The translations under genes were made by a program, and so were the position numbers. A DNA stretch of 63,440 nucleotides, counting the filler, from Guillardia theta CCMP2712 (taxonomy: Eukaryota; Protista; Cryptophyta): the NCBI RefSeq assembly GCF_000315625.1. It is 6 parts of 6 records of this genome, joined end to end, with 100 filler letters (N's around TTAATTAATTAA, not from the genome) between each part and the next. Parts side by side here need not be neighbours in the genome. Positions count along the whole stretch, not along the records: positions 59,265 to 61,247 come from NW_005434058.1; positions 61,348 to 63,440 come from NW_005434060.1; 4 more parts are not named here. One strand, 5' to 3'. Numbering within the stretch: position 1 is the stretch's first letter; each line of letters begins with the position of its first letter. The notes under the pieces were generated by a model that was given only the letters and a program-made list of their open reading frames with translations, did not search any database and was not told the DNA's origin. Shown in pieces: positions 61,181-63,440 of the stretch.

Positions 61181-61469
61181 AGAGAAGAGAAGAGGGGAAG
61201 AAGAGGAGGAGGAGGAGGAGGAGGAGGAGGAGGAGAAGGAGGAGGAGNNNNNNNNNNNNNNNNNNNNNNNNNNNNNNNNNNNNNNNNNNNNTTAATTAAT
61301 TAANNNNNNNNNNNNNNNNNNNNNNNNNNNNNNNNNNNNNNNNNNNNCTAAACCTGGAGGAGATTCAGGTGGCCACCAGCCAAGGGGGGGGAGGGGGGGG
61401 GTGGGGGGGGAGGATGAAAATCAGATGAACAAGAGAAGAGAAAGAGGAGGAGGGGGTGGGGCGAGGGCT

Positions 61470-61567
61470 GACCAGGGGGACCAGAGCAAGTTGGAGGAAG
61501 GCATCATCATCTCAAGCAGCTCGACGTAGGTTACCCACCTGAGGAGAATTAGCAGAAGTTAAGGACA

Positions 61568-61610
<43 letters not shown>

Positions 61611-61643
61611 AGGATAGAGGAACGGTAGGAATTGGAAAAGGGT

Positions 61644-61705
<62 letters not shown>

Positions 61706-62568
61706 AGGATGAGGACGAGGATGAAAAGGGTTTCGAACTGCGTTGCAGATTGAGGGAGGAGAGTGAGAAGAGGAGGGGAGGGAAAGGGAGGGGGAAGGGG
61801 AGGGAGCCAACTTTGTGTCCATCACTTCCTCCGGGTTCGGTTTCAGCTCGACGTCCTTGACCTGAAGTGAGAGTTTCAGTCTTGCACGCCTCCTCATGCT
61901 CGATGACCTGGATGAAGAGGATGTAATCGATTTCATGCTCTCCCCTGAAACATCTTCAGTTTCTCTACCTCCTCCTCCTCTCCACCTCTCGCCCTCTCCT
62001 CCTCCTCCTCCCTTCTCCCATGCTCCTTGATCCTCTCCCTCATCCCCACCCTTCCCTTCATCTACCAGGGAGAAGCTGGTCCGTGAGTGACAACATCAGC
62101 AGCCTGTCCCTCTTCGTCAGTCTCCTTCTCCTCCCTCCCTCCCTCCCTCCCTCCCTCCCTCCCTCCCTCCCGCTCACCCAGTAGTGCAGACGTGTAAGGA
62201 ACTTGAAGTCTTCGATCGGAACTTGAGAAGGAGAAATTCCAAGCTCGTGCTGTGTGCCATGGTCAATCATCTCCTCCTCCCCTCCCTCATTCCTGCTCTC
62301 TGCCTCCTCTCCTCTAAACTTCTCTTCGTCCCTTCTCCCCTGCTTCCTTCACCTCCCCTCCTCTCCTCATCCTTCGCCTCCTCCACACCTCAAGTTTGCG
62401 AACGGCCGCGCGCTTGACCCCCGGCACGTCTCCTCGCTTCACTTCTTCAGGCCCGTCAACCTGCGACGGCTCAATAGGACGACAGAGACAGGGCGAGGGG
62501 AGGAAGGAGGATAGAAGAGGCGCAAGAAGAGGAAGACAAGAAGGGCGGACAGGAGGGCGAGCAAAAGA

Positions 62569-62616
<48 letters not shown>

Positions 62617-63096
62617 GAGCAGGGAGCAGGGAGCAGGGAGCAGGGAGCAGGGAGTACTTCAGAGGGCTGGTAGCCAAAGAGAGGGTGGGAACAGCAGGTG
62701 TTGGTCCAAACGCCTGGGAAGGTAATCTTCTCCTTGGCTCGCTGCCTAACCGTCAGCCTCCATCGGCCCGCCAGTGACGCGAGCAGACCTGCTGGAGGAG
62801 GAGCTCTCCCTTGTCGTTGAAGAGGAACACCGAGAACGCGCGGTGAAGTTTGCCCCTCGGTCGCTCCGGGCAGAAGATGTGCGACTCGTACTTGTTGTCG
62901 TGACCTCGCACACTGTGAGCTGAAGACGTTCAGCTGCCCTCCGGCTCTCACCGACTATCTTGTCCTCCATGTCCAGTAGCACGCACTCGTCCTTGTGCAT
63001 AAAGTCCAGCTGCGACATTCCAGCTCCCTCCCATACCTGCCGCCAATGTCACCCTCGACTCGCTAGAGCAAGCCCATGAACCGTCGGCGCGCTCAT
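61470..63096 (-). CDS. IDI1: Isopentenyl-diphosphate delta-isomerase type 1, multi-exon
   Basis: [66 protein letters not shown]. Confidence 0.96.
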
Positions 63097-63440
63097 CCTG
63101 TGACAGGAAACGAGGCTGAGGATAGGAACTCGTCAGTATGACATGCCATTTCCTCGTTTCTCCCTTCCTCCTCTCCTTTTATTGCCCTTCCACGCTACAC
63201 GACCTCTTGCCTGACCTCCTATCCTCTCTTCTTTCAACTTCACAGTCTTCCTTCGTTTTCTTGTTGTATGGGTCCCATGAAAGCTCCTCTCCCCTATCGA
63301 TTTGTATGCATATCTCCTCTCCTGTGTTGGTCGTCAACCTCCAGGTTTCTTAGAATCACATTCCTTCATCTTGCACATCCTCTTCTCACATTGTCTCGTC
63401 TCCCCTTCTCTGTCCCTTCCCCATCTATCCCCTCCCCTCC

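Noticed and set aside
23746-63096. Carotenoid gene cluster (PSY, fibrillin, IDI)
   Set aside because: Genes are tens of kb apart and separated by linker-containing gaps; no evidence of clustering.

Overview
Gene-dense eukaryotic nuclear DNA from a draft assembly. Tiny ~45-55 nt GT-AG introns, microsatellite-expanded introns and plastid-directed genes suggest an alga, probably a cryptophyte (inference). Several N-gaps carry a TTAATTAATTAA linker, so long-range adjacency is uncertain. Recognisable host genes: HAD-IIA phosphatase (partial), ProA, NAD-dependent G3P dehydrogenase, cyclophilin and phytoene synthase fragments, a CAP_C+2xPDZ protein, a Cys-rich membrane protein, an EF-hand protein, cytidylate kinase, a PDZ/Q-rich protein, PAP-fibrillin, an NmrA-like protein, an RPGRIP1L-like fragment, a GPAT/DHAPAT C-terminus and IPP isomerase. 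Three accessory features stand out. (1) A 332-bp palindrome-rich tandem array (50983-57409) holds an intronless 2.18-kb ORF that starts at an ATG shared with the repeat, ends in a stop formed by an A12 run, and is flanked by a 146-bp duplicated repeat segment; it looks like a gene fragment captured, probably via RNA, into the array. (2) A 4.27-kb segment bounded by 14-bp direct repeats carries a Crinkler-type NTPase-REase gene and endonuclease-like fragments. (3) A Crypton-like (GCR1_C) element remnant has recombinase-like palindromic sites, next to a 2.9-kb exact duplication across a gap. All family assignments come from motif recognition by eye; no searches were run.
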